Below are positions 1-14,786 of a stretch of 64,000 bases of DNA, in pieces. Positions within the stretch are counted from its first letter, which is position 1; each line of letters opens with the position of its first letter. This DNA comes from the human T2T-CHM13v2.0 reference genome, Homo sapiens: NCBI RefSeq assembly GCF_009914755.1, contig NC_060926.1. One strand, written 5' to 3'. The notes below the pieces were generated by a model that was not told the DNA's origin, did not search any database, and saw only the letters and a list, made by a program, of their open reading frames with translations. Both the position numbers and the translations under genes were made by a program.

Positions 1-517
1 GTCATTGGGGAAAAATGACGATCCTGCCTCTGTCCAGTTTTTTCAGGCCCTTCCAAAACGTCCCAGGCATAAACCTGATCTTTATTTGTTCTTAAACGTT
101 GTTATATCAACATTAATGTTCAGTGTTGAAGCTAAAGGGAAAGCATTTTCATTAACGTACGCACCAGTCCAACATAAGTTTGGAAAATTCATATTTATTT
201 GCCGTCTGCTACCCTCCTTTATTCCAAATATGATTTGATATGGCTTATCGAACCCTACAGTTGATATTTTCGCCTCTTGCTTTATCATCCTCCTGTTAGG
301 CATCCAGTTTTAGGAAGCTGTAATCAGCCTTAAATGCGCTAAACGTGATACATTTATGTAGCACTTATGTAACGTTTATTGCTATATAAATGTATCACGT
401 TAGGCCTAATGTCCTTTAATGTTATTAACTTTTTAAGATGACTTCAGATGTAGTATTTTATATTTTTTAGTTTTCTTCTGTAAGAATATTAGGAATTCCA
501 TATCTCCAGTCATGTAA

Positions 518-808
<291 letters not shown>

Positions 809-1415
809 AACAGTCATGTAAGATTTCTGACTGTTTCAGTTACATCTTCTAATAGGATTCAATTGGAAACTGCTCAGAGTTGTTGCTGTTTTTCTTTTCC
901 CAACATTCTCCTAAAACGATTTTAGAGCCAAGGTCTGTAGGATAGTTCTAGGTAGTCATTTTATAGGTTCACATCTTTGGGAGTCATACACAAATTTCAT
1001 GAATGTTAGAGGTAAAGGACTGGAAAAAGTCTGTGATATGAAATAAGACAAAACTGGAATTTCACGAATGTTTCTAATTTTTCCTTAACTGTTAAAAGTA
1101 TTATACTTAAGGTCCGCTTTCAAAGAAAACTTGCAGGGAACATGACCAGAATGGTACAAGAGATTGTCTGGAATTTACTGAAAATGATATGTTGTTTCTT
1201 GTATAACAATTTTGCAAACAGCTTCAGCTTGCAGTATTCCGTATGCAGTAAGAACACACCACTCCTTTGTTTCAAGCAGTTTGCATTTTAGGAGAGAGAA
1301 CATAGACTGTAATACAGGTTAATTCTTAGGAAGGTCTGCCTGGATATTCAACTTTAGATCTTCATTAGTTTATCTGTGGCTTTTTTTTTTCCTGAGATTA
1401 AGAGCTAGGAAAGTC

Positions 1416-1729
<314 letters not shown>

Positions 1730-2449
1730 GAGTTAGGAGAGCCTTCTTTGAAAATGATGATCCTTCTCATCTGATGCAAAGAAAAAGCTACATAATTTTA
1801 TGAAGAATATTTTCAGTTTGTATGTTTGCTTTATGCCTTTTCACAATGGCAAGAAATACAGAATTTCAGAATTGGTTATTTCTGGGGCTTGGGAATGTTT
1901 GATTCTTGTTCTTTTTTTTATAGGAATATATATTTTTATGATAAAGCTATATTTTATAAATACAGACTTAAAATAAAAATCACTTGTCTTTTGGAAGGAA
2001 AGTTTAAGTAATCCAACTAACTACTCCATATATAATTACCCTCTACAGTTCATATGAGAAATGATAAAATGACAAAACCCGGTTAGGAGCAACTCATCTC
2101 TATTCATTTAGGATGGACCTTGAAGTAGAATTATTGAGATATGTATACAGTTAAGAACTCAGCAGTTCTTCAGCTGACATTTCCAGGTGCCCACGTTTTC
2201 ACCACTGACCCCTCCCTCTTCAGTTATTCAGAATTTTGATTATGGCTGCCAATAAATGTGGGTGCTCGCCACTTGTCTATTCATTTTTTTCCAATTGCTG
2301 AGGGTATTCACATGGTCCTAGAATAGCCAAGGCACATAACTGCCACATTATCTCTAAATGCAACAACCCTGTCTATTCTTGGCAGACTTTTCACGAGTCA
2401 TGAGAGGTAAACAGGCACTGTAGTGGCTACAGTTTATTAGGTGACAACC

Positions 2450-2640
2450 ATGCTCCAGTTGCATTACATGATTATCTCTGGTCTTCATATAGCCCTGCAA
2501 GGTAGGCAATATCAGCCCCATTTTGTGTGGAGAAAACAGATTTATAGCTTTGCCTAAGGTCACTTGCTAATAAGTGAGAACTTAGATTTGAACTCAGGTC
2601 TTTCTCCAGAACTTGTGCTCTTTCAACAGTGCCACGCTCA
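2450..2640 (-). mobile_element. MIR relic
   Basis: cccattttg...tttgcctaaggtcac...gatttgaactcaggtct core. Confidence 0.65.
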
Positions 2641-2764
2641 GTAGATTTGATGTAACTGAGCTATCCTTCAAAATCTTTACCCTGTTTTATGAATAGTAAT
2701 TTTGAGAGCAATGCAATTTATCATTTCAGTTTATGTGGTTTTTAAAATTAATTTTTACTTTCAG

Positions 2765-2816
2765 AGATGGGTGTAATGCCTGAGATTGCACAAGCTGTGG
2801 AAGAGATGGATTGGCT
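2765..2816 (+). CDS. DDX1: DDX1 exon 2 (EMGVMPEIAQAVEEMDWL); exon 1 lies upstream of the window
   Basis: tttcag acceptor, gtaagt donor; translation matches the DDX1 N-terminus/Q-motif region. Confidence 0.97.
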
Positions 2817-3109
2817 GTAAGTACATAAAGCCTAAATGTACCTGGGAGAGGATGTTTTATAATTTAAACAGTTGTTAGTGATTTTATCAAATATTTTTGT
2901 GTCTAGTTGGGTAAGTGAAAATCAGGTTTTTTTTGTGATTTTCTAAATTATGGAAAGTTTCCTTTTTTTAACCTTGACATATTTCTAGTGGAATAAGATG
3001 GATCGTATTTACCACGTAAAATTTTCTTTTAGGCAAATTAACGTGACTTAATTTGCTTAGGCGATTTTTTTCCCCAGTAACTAAAATTCTTCAAATATGA
3101 TTCTTTTAG

Positions 3110-3173
3110 CCTCCCAACTGATATCCAGGCTGAATCTATCCCATTGATCTTAGGAGGAGGTGATGTACTTATG
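3110..3173 (+). CDS. DDX1: DDX1 exon 3 ([21 protein letters not shown])
   Basis: ttttag/gtaagt; Q motif PTDIQ; phase continuous with exon 2. Confidence 0.97.
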
Positions 3174-3496
3174 GTAAGTTTAAATTTGGTGAGGTGATTG
3201 GTAGCTGGGGACACACTCTAAGAATTGCATAGGCTTACAAATGCTACTTTACCTTTATTCACAAACATTTATGATACATATACTGTATTCAGACTATTAG
3301 GTAAAAGCTTCAAACAGGTAAGTATTTACTCCTGAGAAGCTTAAACCCACTAGGGCAATAAGACATGTATAAGAATGAATCTCGTATCAGAGAGAATGTG
3401 GCTTCTTCGTAAGAGATGCAGAGTAGTATAGAATTCAAGTGGGAATCCAGTTGTCCTTTTGCTTGAAGGATCATAGGGACTGCTTAAAGGAAGTAG

Positions 3497-3813
<317 letters not shown>

Positions 3814-4353
3814 TAAAAGAGAAATGCTTTTTAGGTAGAGAGAATATCAGCAAAACAGCGAATAGTAGAATGTAGGATATGACCCTGGAATATTTCAGTT
3901 GGTTGGTAGCATAAAATATGTGTCTGAGGGGGGATAAACTTGAAATAAAATTGTAGAGAGATAATGGGTCAGATTATTTGGGCTCTTTCTCAAGTGTCTT
4001 GTTAAAGAATTTGAGTGTTAGTCTTCTATGAAGACTAATCTGAGTAGCAGATTGTAGTATAGCTCTGGGATTAGATGTTGTTCGGATACTTTTATAATAA
4101 TCTAGATTAGAATGATGAGAGCTTCCGTTTGAATGGTAGCAATGGGAAAGGGAAGAGAAGATTCTTAAGGGTATGGGAAAGGTAACAAGATGGGCTGTAG
4201 TTGGAGTTGACAGAGGAACCCTGGATATCTGGAGGCACTGTGAAAATAAAGGTAGCCAGTCAAATGTTAAAGATTTCTACATACTATGGTGTTAGTTTGA
4301 TTTCTTTAATAGACAACTTAATCTGTAAAATCAACTTTTTTCCCCTCATTCAG

Positions 4354-4383
4354 GCTGCAGAAACAGGAAGTGGCAAAACTGGT
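4354..4383 (+). CDS. DDX1: DDX1 exon 4 (AAETGSGKTG, motif I / Walker A), 30 nt
   Basis: attcag/gtaagt; Walker A motif. Confidence 0.97.
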
Positions 4384-4994
4384 GTAAGTAATAAATTATA
4401 TTTACTTTCTCTCTAAAAGTTGAATTTTAAAATAACTTTGAACAGTAGTTTTTACTTTGAAATATTTAATAAAATAGCAACCTCCAAAAGGTAAGGAATT
4501 AATTACTTGCTACTGAAAATGATATTTTTGTTGCCAGCTAATTATGAAGAGCTAAAAAAAGTATGACCTTAAGAACATAGTTTTAAATGGGCGTTAGAGA
4601 GTTACAATAGCTTTAGTGTTTATACTCACTTCTGAATTTTAATATGATGACTCTTAAAATAAAAAGGTTACATACAGAAGTTGATCTCCTACTGGCCTGG
4701 ACTAGAGAAATAATTTGTCGGACTGGATGGTATTTTTCCTCTTTAGTGTAGGTTCATTCTACCGGTCTCCATTGTTCTATCTTTTTGTGATGTTAGCTGC
4801 GTCCTATTTCCTTCATTCAGTCCACTCTGTGTTGTCTGGTGGGTATTTTTGGTTTGGGTAAATGAAATTGTAGTAGCAATCTGGAATATGTATGATTAGT
4901 TGATGTGTGTGCATAACTTTTGTCATTTATATTGGTTATTAAATTGTCGTTAATATGTGAATACTAATATAGATAACTTTTGTTTCTTTGATAG

Positions 4995-5091
4995 GCTTTT
5001 AGTATTCCAGTTATCCAGATAGTTTATGAAACTCTGAAAGACCAACAGGAAGGCAAAAAAGGAAAAACAACAATTAAAACTGGTGCTTCAG
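4995..5091 (+). CDS. DDX1: DDX1 exon 5 ([32 protein letters not shown])
   Basis: tgatag/gtaatt; in frame. Confidence 0.97.
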
Positions 5092-6836
5092 GTAATTTTT
5101 GTAAATTGATATTTCCTTTTATATAAATCATTGGTTCTCATCACTGACAGTTAGGAAAGTGAGATTTGGGTATGCATTTTTAAAATCTTGTCAATATCTA
5201 GGGGGTGGTATTGGGATCTGGAACCCTGGAAACCAGGGATGCTAAATGTTGTTGAGAGCCTAAACACTGCAAGGTTGTCCCTCCTAAAATACTAATAGTG
5301 TTCCCTTTGAGAAAACACTAGCATTTTGGAGATTACATTTCAATATTATAGTGTTTTTCTTAACCTTATAACTTTCTATGCTTAATGCTAAAGGAAAATA
5401 GGTACATTTTACAAAAATATTAAGGAAGGATTTTACAAATAATTTATGGAGTAAAAACCCATGCTGGTGGGAAGTATTGCCTTACAGGGAACAGAGGCAT
5501 TTTTTTTCCTCTAAGATAAGAAGGGAACCACCTAGGAAGTTAAAATATAAATTTTAAAGTTGTTTCTTATGTGCAGTCCTATCTACATGGAAATTGGTCT
5601 TTTTATTAGGTTTCTGATACTGTCTCTACCGTAATCAATCTTACCGCAGTTTCTTCATCTTTAAATTGTGTTGCTTCTGTTGAATGTTTTCTAAATTTCA
5701 TTCTATCTTAATTAATCTTTTGTTTTGTTATATTTTAATAATATTTTTTCCACATTTTAAGTCACTCTTGTTTCATTATACAAAACAGGATTGTTACAAA
5801 ACAGCAAGTTGAAGACCAGTGAACCTGTCATATTAACATATTCTTTTCAGTTGTTTGAAAGTAATGTTATACATAAAATGTATAATGTAGAATCTGTGAA
5901 CTCATGTAAATTAGAGATAGATAATTGATGTAACTATTTACACTATTGGCCTATTCTAAAATAGTTTCAGAATTTGTAACAACTGTGCCGTCATTTATGA
6001 GAAATGGTGGTAAAAGAAAACACTCCTAAAGGAGAATAACCATAGTGATAATGGTTCTGAAAGTCACATCCTATGAGGAATAAAGAAAGTAGAAATTTAA
6101 ACATGGAGAAGAAGTAAAAATGGAGATGGGATAATTGTTAAATTATTGAAGAGAACTAGAGAGAAAGTAATTATTCTAGAAAGTAGGACCAGGACCAATT
6201 AGAAATAGTTTAGATGAAGATTTCTGTTTAACTTAAAGTACTTCCTAATAGCTACATTGAGCCACAATGCAAGGGAAAACCTCAAAGTTATTTCTACAAT
6301 GTTCAAAGTGTTTAAGCTGATGATGGATATCTTTTGACCAGAAATAATCTAGAAAGGATTTCTACCGTGAGTGGAAAGTTGGTCTAGAAAGCACGTAGAG
6401 CTCTCTTTATTACAATTCTTAGTTTATACGTATACATACATCTTAACAAACTATTAAGATGTGTCAGAAAAGGAAAATGCCAATCTTATAAAAAGGCGGA
6501 TGAAAAAAATGTGTGACTTTTGAATGTGGTATTGAATTAAGATAAAGGACTTGCTTTTTTTTTTGATAGTTACAAGATAATTAGACTCTGAAATGTTGAT
6601 CAGTTATTTCCTTTATAATTGAAGTCAACTTGTTTGGTTACTTAAACTTCTTTTTAATAGTGACCTAGGAGTAAGGACAGAGATCAGTATCATCTGATAG
6701 AGAGCACACTGAAGCAAGCAAGTGAGGAGAAAAGGTTTTAGGTCCAGATAGACCAGTGATGATTATCTTCAACATGTCTGATTTTTCAGTTGCGTTTTTG
6801 CTTTTAATAAAAACAAGTTTTACTTGTGTATTCTAA

Positions 6837-7365
<529 letters not shown>

Positions 7366-7429
7366 TAATTCAGAAACTTTAAAAAATAATACATGAGAAC
7401 ACCAAGTAAATAAGATTAAGATTTAATTT

Positions 7430-7790
7430 ACCAGATATTAGAATTTAGTCACTATCATTAAACAGTATAGAACTGACATAGGAATAGACAGTGGAACATA
7501 ATGGAAATAAATCTCAGCACATATGAGAAGTTATATGCAGGAAAAATAATTATATTTCATTTCAGTGAGACAAAAGGATGGTTTATTAAGTAAAGGGTGC
7601 TGACACGATCCATCTGGAGCCATATAAAATTGACTTCTATCTCATATCATAATTAGAAATAAATTCCATATGTATTTAGGACTTATATATGTATGAATTT
7701 GAATACAGAAAACTACATGTATAATTTAGCAGTGGCAAAACTTTCCTAACCCAAATAGAAAATGCAGAAATTATAAAAGAAAGTATTTAT
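7430..7790 (+). mobile_element. Old L1 ORF2 fragment
   Basis: A-rich; resembles the L1M ORF2 3' region. Confidence 0.5.
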
Positions 7791-8355
7791 AGGTGGAGTT
7801 GGACAGTCCTCCTTCTTGGGGTTAACAGACCTTACAGTGGCTTTTATCCAATTCACCAGGCTGGCTGTTCACTTGGGAATAACCTCCATCATGCATAGAG
7901 CCATCTGTGATTGTTCCATAGTGAGCAGCGAGACCTGCATCAACTCAAATATGCCCTTCTATTCTGCTGCATTTAAAACTAAGGATACTTTCCTAAAGCA
8001 GTTACTCTCAGAATGCATTTTAGTAAAGACTCCTCAGGAAGCTTATGATACTGATCTATAAAATGTAACAGTTCCTTCACACTATACCCTCCAGTTTCAG
8101 AGTGTTTTGGTTTTGCTCTTCCCCACATTTACTGCCTTCTTGGAGACCACAGGTCTTAGAAGTACTTTTTGTTGGCCCTGCATAATTTTTCCCTTGGGGG
8201 TCAGCTTTGAAGCTGGTGACCAAAGCTCAGATGGACTGAAATCTGAATGTAGTCTCACATCAAGGGCTGACCCAGCACTCTTTTACTTCATTTTAGCTAT
8301 TACAGATAATAGTAACCAAAGGACTGTATACTTTTTTTCTTATTTGCATTTTCTT

Positions 8356-8458
8356 TTTTTTTTTTTTTTTTTTTTTTTGAGACAGAGTCTCGCTCTGTTG
8401 CCCAGGCTGGAGTGCAGTGGCGCGATCTCAGCTCACTGCAAGCTCCACCTCACGGGTT
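8356..8458 (-). mobile_element. Heavily 5'-truncated Alu (right-arm 3' end, AluY-like GCAAGCTCC)
   Basis: Long T tail plus about 80 bp of Alu; 17-bp TSD at 8339-8355 and 8459-8475. Confidence 0.88.
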
Positions 8459-8719
8459 CTTATTTGTGTTTTCTTATGCATCCAGTGAACCAGCTCCCCA
8501 GGAGTTGGATCCAACTCTAAATTCCACTGATAATTTTTATCATTAGTAACTGTGTGTAGCACAGCTGTGGCTCTGTACCATAGGTGATCTTGTGGCCACC
8601 AAGAAACCTAAAGTTCCTCATCCCCTACCCTTTTATCCTTTTTCTTTCCAAACCACAGTTCTGTGAGCCAAGGCAGTTCTAGCAAACCCTGATTCTGACA
8701 CCAATTCTGAGAATATAGA

Positions 8720-9280
8720 GAAATAAATAAACTCCATTTTCCCTGTATACTCTCTCAGCATGCTTCTGACAGCAGATGTGTGGGGTTTTTTCCCACAAGT
8801 CAAGCAAGCAGTCAGTTCTCAGCATTTACGAGTTGAGAACTGATGGAGTAAGTAACAGACACATGTTTGTTTATTCTTGGTTTCCCATACTTTCCCATTA
8901 TGGTTTCTTCCAGCTGAGAACTGTAATTCAATTCAATTCTGACACCGTCTTCATGAAGATAGCATCATATCCCACAGGTTGAGGGTTCAATCACACAAGA
9001 CTGTCCCCCACATCTGATGCCCAGGTTGTGGCTTATGCTTCTAACCTATTGGCTATAAATCAGGGTTCCTACAATTCCTTCCTCAGGTTCAATTAATTTG
9101 CTAGAGTGGCTCACAGAACTCGGGGAAATATGTTTACTGGTTTATTTTTAAAGCTATTATAAAGAATACTGATGAAGAGATGCATAAGCTGAAGTACAGG
9201 AAGGGGCTTGGAGCTTCTCCCCTCCCTGGGCATGACACCCTTCAGGAACCGTCATGTGTTCAGCTATCCTGGAAGCTCCT
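8720..9280. mobile_element. MER21-family LTR remnant
   Basis: Recalled MER21 blocks: caattcaattctgacac, cccacaggttgaggg, taatttgctagagtggctcacagaactc. Confidence 0.7.
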
Positions 9281-10159
9281 AGATAACTTTTTAAAAGTTC
9301 AGTTCTACATAATTCAGTACCCATATGGGTAAGAATTCATACTTTGAATAATTAAATTTCTGAAAAGTGTAGGAAGATGTGTGTTGAGGTGCTTAACAGT
9401 TTGTTCTACTTTCAAGTACAGAATACGAGTTGGAAAGATGAACCAGGACAGAAATTATAGTTTTTTTCCAGTACAGACAAAAAGCTGAATCTTTACTTAA
9501 AACCATTTAGTATGTGGACATCACTGAGACTGATCATGATGTATAGTATAGAATATACCTCATCTTTTAGAGCCCTTATAATATTAGCAAGTAACAAATA
9601 CATGCTTATTTATTCATGCTTTCTCCTAGTTTCCCATATGGTTTCTTCCATGGATTGAGGAACAAGCTAGAGACAGTTCTGTTATCTTTTAGTTATATAG
9701 TCACTCAAGCTCTAATTTAAGTATAAAATCAGGACGAATATTGATGAACGAGTTGTGCATCATCCTTGAGTACGTTTCTTTAAAGGGCTCCAGAGAAGAG
9801 TTATCTAAACACATTTGTATTGATGGTGCAACTACTATTAGTGCAAGTCAGGTTAAGAGCTGTGTTGAATCCTTTCTAGACTTGTTGCTGTAAAATCTTA
9901 CCTTAGTTAACAGATGGCAGCATAGAAAATAGCCCCCAACATAGCCAAGGACACCCAGGGAATGAAATGGTTAATTACACTTGGGAAATACTACTATCAC
10001 TCAGGAATCAGTAAGTCTCAGTCTCTGGAACATTGCAACAAATGAAGGAATTATCTTGTTAGTGAGACTGAATGATTTTTTTTGGTGGTAGGGGGTGGGA
10101 ATGTATGATTTATAAAACCTGTACTGACGTGTTTTTCTGTGTTTTCTTCTCAAATCCAG

Positions 10160-10243
10160 CAATTGGGTCAGATGGTCTTTGTTGTCAAAGCAGAGAAGTA
10201 AAGGAATGGCATGGGTGTAGAGCTACTAAAGGATTAATGAAAG
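10160..10243 (+). CDS. DDX1: DDX1 exon 7 ([28 protein letters not shown])
   Basis: atccag/gtattt; phase 1-1. Confidence 0.97.
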
Positions 10244-10280
10244 GTATTTGAACAGCATCTGCACTTGTATAAACTTTTGA

Positions 10281-10622
<342 letters not shown>

Positions 10623-10803
10623 CATGAGTTTTTAAAAATAGCTTTAAGTCGAGGATCTGGGAAGGTGTTTGATGGTACAAATATACCTATAATTCTTCAT
10701 TTGGTACATACCTGTGTAATTCAGAAACAATGGGAAGATGACTTCATGGTAAATGAATCGTGTGTGTGATTTATATAAATCTCAATGTATTTTACCCTTG
10801 TAG

Positions 10804-10887
10804 GGAAACACTACTATGAAGTATCCTGTCATGACCAAGGGTTATGCAGGGTCGGGTGGTCTACCATGCAGGCCTCTTTGGACCTAG
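10804..10887 (+). CDS. DDX1: DDX1 exon 8 ([28 protein letters not shown])
   Basis: ttgtag/gtaagt; SPRY-typical YYEV...RVGW. Confidence 0.97.
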
Positions 10888-11425
10888 GTAAGTGTTTCTA
10901 AAATAACTGAATTGATTGATTTACATTTGGGGGATAACATTTTATTATTTGGGGAAGCAAAATAATAAATTTAACCATAAAAAGGTTTTATTTTAAAGAC
11001 ATGGAAACAATATTTATCTGTACCCCACCCTGTTCCAAAAAGGATTTGAAGGAACTTACAAAAAGTACAGATATTATAGCAGTATGAAATGAGGGATAAG
11101 AATATGAATGGAGTCAGGGTAAAGTTAGTGTGTGTGAATCTGTACCACACAGTACCATATAGATGCTTCATGTTATTGTAAACTTGCATCTGAATTTCTT
11201 AGTGGCCAAAGCAGAGAGGGATGCAGTATCACTGGTGTCCCTAGTCTCACACACGCTCTGTGGCCTAAGCACTGTTTAGTTTTTTGCAGGATTCAGAAAC
11301 TTAAGGAATAGTTTTCCTGTGGGTTTATGAAATGGACATACTATGTGAATAAAATTACTTCTTTTAGAGGTCTTTTAATTTTATATTTTCTCTTACCAGA
11401 AAAGTAAAATATTTTTTAAATCTAG

Positions 11426-11502
11426 GTACTGACAAGTTTGGATTTGGCTTTGGTGGAACAGGAAAGAAATCCCATAACAAACAATTTGATAATTATGGAG
11501 AG
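11426..11502 (+). CDS. DDX1: DDX1 exon 9 ([26 protein letters not shown])
   Basis: atctag/gtaagc; in frame. Confidence 0.97.
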
Positions 11503-12048
11503 GTAAGCGATTATGTTATGACTTCAACATAGCATAAGTAAGTTTTCTTGCATACTTAATCACTCATGACAGAATGAGGGTATACAAATGATTCTCAAAA
11601 TGAGCAGATTGTCTGTATATTTTCCACAGAAAGTTTGGATTTGGACTTTAGTGAAGAAATATTGTCAAGCTAGATAAATATGTAGTAGTTATAATTTTTC
11701 TTTTATGCCATTTGTCATCCCCTCCAAAATACATTACGTTGTCTTCTCTTTTCACCTCATTTTGATTTTGGCTTTGATACATGTTATTCTCATTTCTTAT
11801 TATTGATCATGATGAGTCTAAATATAGTTCGTCTGGTGAGCTGAAATCTACAGTAGTGTGAATGAGCCTAAATATGTTGATTCTAACAAGCCTGTCAAAT
11901 GCTTGTACTATTGTATATGTCATATGCTCTAATAGGCATTTTTGATTTAAATAATTATTTTGAAACACATACTTTTGATGCAGCTATATTTTAACTTTAT
12001 TTAAGAATTTACTTTCTATTAATAGCATTTGACTTTCTGGTGTTCTAG

Positions 12049-12121
12049 GAATTCACTATGCATGATACCATTGGATGTTACCTGGATATAGATAAGGGAC
12101 ATGTCAAGTTCTCCAAAAATG
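12049..12121 (+). CDS. DDX1: DDX1 exon 10 ([24 protein letters not shown])
   Basis: ttctag/gtaagc; SPRY-typical DTIGCYLD...FSKNG. Confidence 0.97.
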
Positions 12122-12234
12122 GTAAGCTCTATATGGATCTTAGTAGTGAAAAGATACATGATATTCAATAATTGTGGTTTTTAAAAATCCCCCCACCCTG
12201 TTTTTCAAATCCCCGTCCCTCCCTCCCTGCCTTT

Positions 12235-13520
12235 ACTTGAACTAATATTTATTGAGCATTGACTATGTGTAAGGTACCCTGGTAAGTACTGGAGGCACAG
12301 AAGAAAATGGAATAGACATTTGGGGCTTACACACTAGTGGTGAAAGACAGACATATAATACCATGTTAGGTGGTAGTAAGTGCTGTGAAGGAGGGTATAA
12401 AGCAGGGGAAGGAAGTGGAGAGTCATAGCGGTTTGGGGGTTTGTGCTTTTGTGTAGGGCAGTCAAAAGGCTTGATAAGGGACATTTAGGTAGAGATCCAA
12501 ATGAGTTGGGTGGTAGGCCATGCAGATTTCTGCAAAGGGAATAGTAAATGTGGATGCCCTGAGATGGAAGCGTGCTTGAGGTGTCTGAGTCACAGCGAGG
12601 AAGCCACTAGATCTGGAGTGCTCTGGGGATAAAGGACGGTGGTAGAATGTTAGATCAGTGAGGTGGTGAGGCCAGGCCATGGAGAGCCATATGGGCCACG
12701 ATCTAAACTTTGGTTTTTATTTTGAGTGAAATGGAAAGCCATGAGGGTTTTGAGCAGAGGGGTGGCATCATCTGTCTTTAGTTTAACAGTACCATTCTGG
12801 CTGCTTTGTTGAAGACACATGGGAGGGTGGGGTGAGATTGCCTAGGGATTGAGGGTAGTTAAAGAGAAGAAGAGATCTGAGGCCTGGGTTCCTGTGGTTA
12901 GGGGTCAGCAAATTGAGGAGAATCCAGCAGAGGGGAATGAGGAGGAAGGCCAGGAGGAGAACCAAGAAAGCATGGGTCCTACAGTCCTGGTGAAGGAAGT
13001 GTTTGAAGGATCAGGGAGCAATCACTGTTCAGTGCTGCGGATGGGTCTAGTCTAGCAAGATGAAGAATGTGCATTAACTGCTGCATTTGACAAGTGGAAA
13101 GCATTAGAGAGCTGTTTTGGTGGAGCAAAGGGGTGAGGGTGGGGAGCCTCCTAATAAGGAGCCAGTTCAATAGAGAATGAGATGAAAGAAAGTGGATACA
13201 GTGTAAATGGAAATCGGAGTTTCACTACAAAAGGGAGGAGAAAAATGGAAGGTAAATGGAGGGAGAGGTGAGTTCAAGGGAGGTTTTCTTGTGTGTTTTA
13301 CTGTGAGAGTATGTTTATATGCTTTGGAATGTCTAATGGAAATGAACTTGTAGACAGGGAGTAATGAAAAATGTAGAGGGGTAGAAGTGACAGTTTCAGG
13401 AGTAAAGTAAAAAAATGAAGAAGCTGGCCTTAGGCAGCACAGTTTATCCATAGTGACAGGAGAGAGGCATGAATGCAGGTAAGCTGGTAGATTTGACATT
13501 GTCAGCATGAGGAAGGTCTT
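12235..13520 (-). mobile_element. L2 relic
   Basis: atatttattgagcattgactatgtg 3'-end motif followed by purine-rich L2-like body. Confidence 0.65.
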
Positions 13521-13561
13521 TTCTGATTGTTTTAATCTCTCTCTCTCTCTTGTTTTTTAAG

Positions 13562-13638
13562 GAAAAGATCTTGGTCTGGCATTTGAAATACCACCACATA
13601 TGAAAAACCAAGCCCTCTTTCCTGCCTGTGTTTTGAAG
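13562..13638 (+). CDS. DDX1: DDX1 exon 11 ([26 protein letters not shown])
   Basis: (CT)n/T tract then AAG acceptor; gtaatt donor. Confidence 0.96.
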
Positions 13639-13761
13639 GTAATTAGGAATCTAGTTAGAAAAAATTTGCTGTGGTTGTAAGCTGCTTACTCTTCATTATT
13701 TTGTATACGATGGTTTTCAATTAGGGTAGGAATTTTAATTTTCTGTTTTATTCAATGCTAG

Positions 13762-13876
13762 AATGCTGAACTGAAATTTAACTTCGGTGAAGAGGAATTT
13801 AAGTTTCCACCAAAAGATGGCTTTGTTGCTCTTTCCAAGGCACCGGATGGTTACATTGTCAAATCACAGCACTCAG
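13762..13876 (+). CDS. DDX1: DDX1 exon 12 ([38 protein letters not shown]), end of SPRY region
   Basis: tgctag/gtatta; in frame. Confidence 0.97.
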
Positions 13877-14115
13877 GTATTATACCTGCAAGGGTAAGGA
13901 TTTCTAGAATAGTGAGAATAATTGATGAGAACTCCAGTAAGTAAGGCGTCTCATAGTGAGTTACATATACTTTCCTTGCTGGTTTAGTCACACATCTTTT
14001 TTTAACACAGCAGTAAAATTCATTTTTAAAACCTAATTCATAAACTCTTAAGTATTTGGTTTCAGTGTAGGCATTTTGGGATCGCAATCATAACGGTAAT
14101 GATATCTAATATTTA

Positions 14116-14333
14116 TAGAATGTGTGCTTATTCAGTGCCAGGGCACCACATTAAGTGCTTTACATGGTTTAGTCTTCACAACAACCCTATAAGGTAGTAG
14201 TTTTCCCATTTTACAGACAACCTAACGAATAGGGACTTTAAGTGATTTGCCCAAGGTCACAGAGCAAATAAGTGGTAGAACTGAATTCAAATCTAAGCAG
14301 TCTGACTTCCAAGTTTATACTCTTATCCATTGT
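14116..14333 (-). mobile_element. MIR
   Basis: cccattttacaga...gatttgcccaaggtcacag core. Confidence 0.8.
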
Positions 14334-14431
14334 ATATCTAATATTTAAAGTATATTTCATAACTTGTTTGTCACAAAACAAGTGAGTCATTTTTGTAGAC
14401 ATATCAATCAATTAGAATTATTCCAAGTAGA

Positions 14432-14600
14432 TTTTTATTGTTGTTTTAAGAGAGGGGATCTCTCTGTGTCACCCAGGCTGCTGGAGTGCAGTGGCGCCAT
14501 CATAGCTCACTGCAGCCTTGAATACCTGGACTCAAGTGATCGTCCCACCTTGGGCCGCCCAAAGTGCTAGGATTGCAGGTGTCAGTCACCCCACCAGCCC
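14432..14600 (-). mobile_element. Alu monomer (FRAM-like)
   Basis: Single right-arm-type monomer. Confidence 0.8.
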
Positions 14601-14786
14601 AAATAGTTTTAATTTAAAGTAGCCTTTGTTTTAGAAATCTAAGGTTTATTCTGTTTGACTGTCTTCTCTACTTTTTGACAATTATTATGTAAAATGTTGA
14701 TATTAGAATATTTGTCCTAATGTTTTATAAGTAACAGTATTATAAAGTGTGCTTTGAATGTGTTCTCATCTTTTTTATTCCCTAAG

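Noticed and set aside
7800-8710. Possible ERVL-type internal remnant
   Set aside because: Too diverged to assign family or boundaries without a profile search
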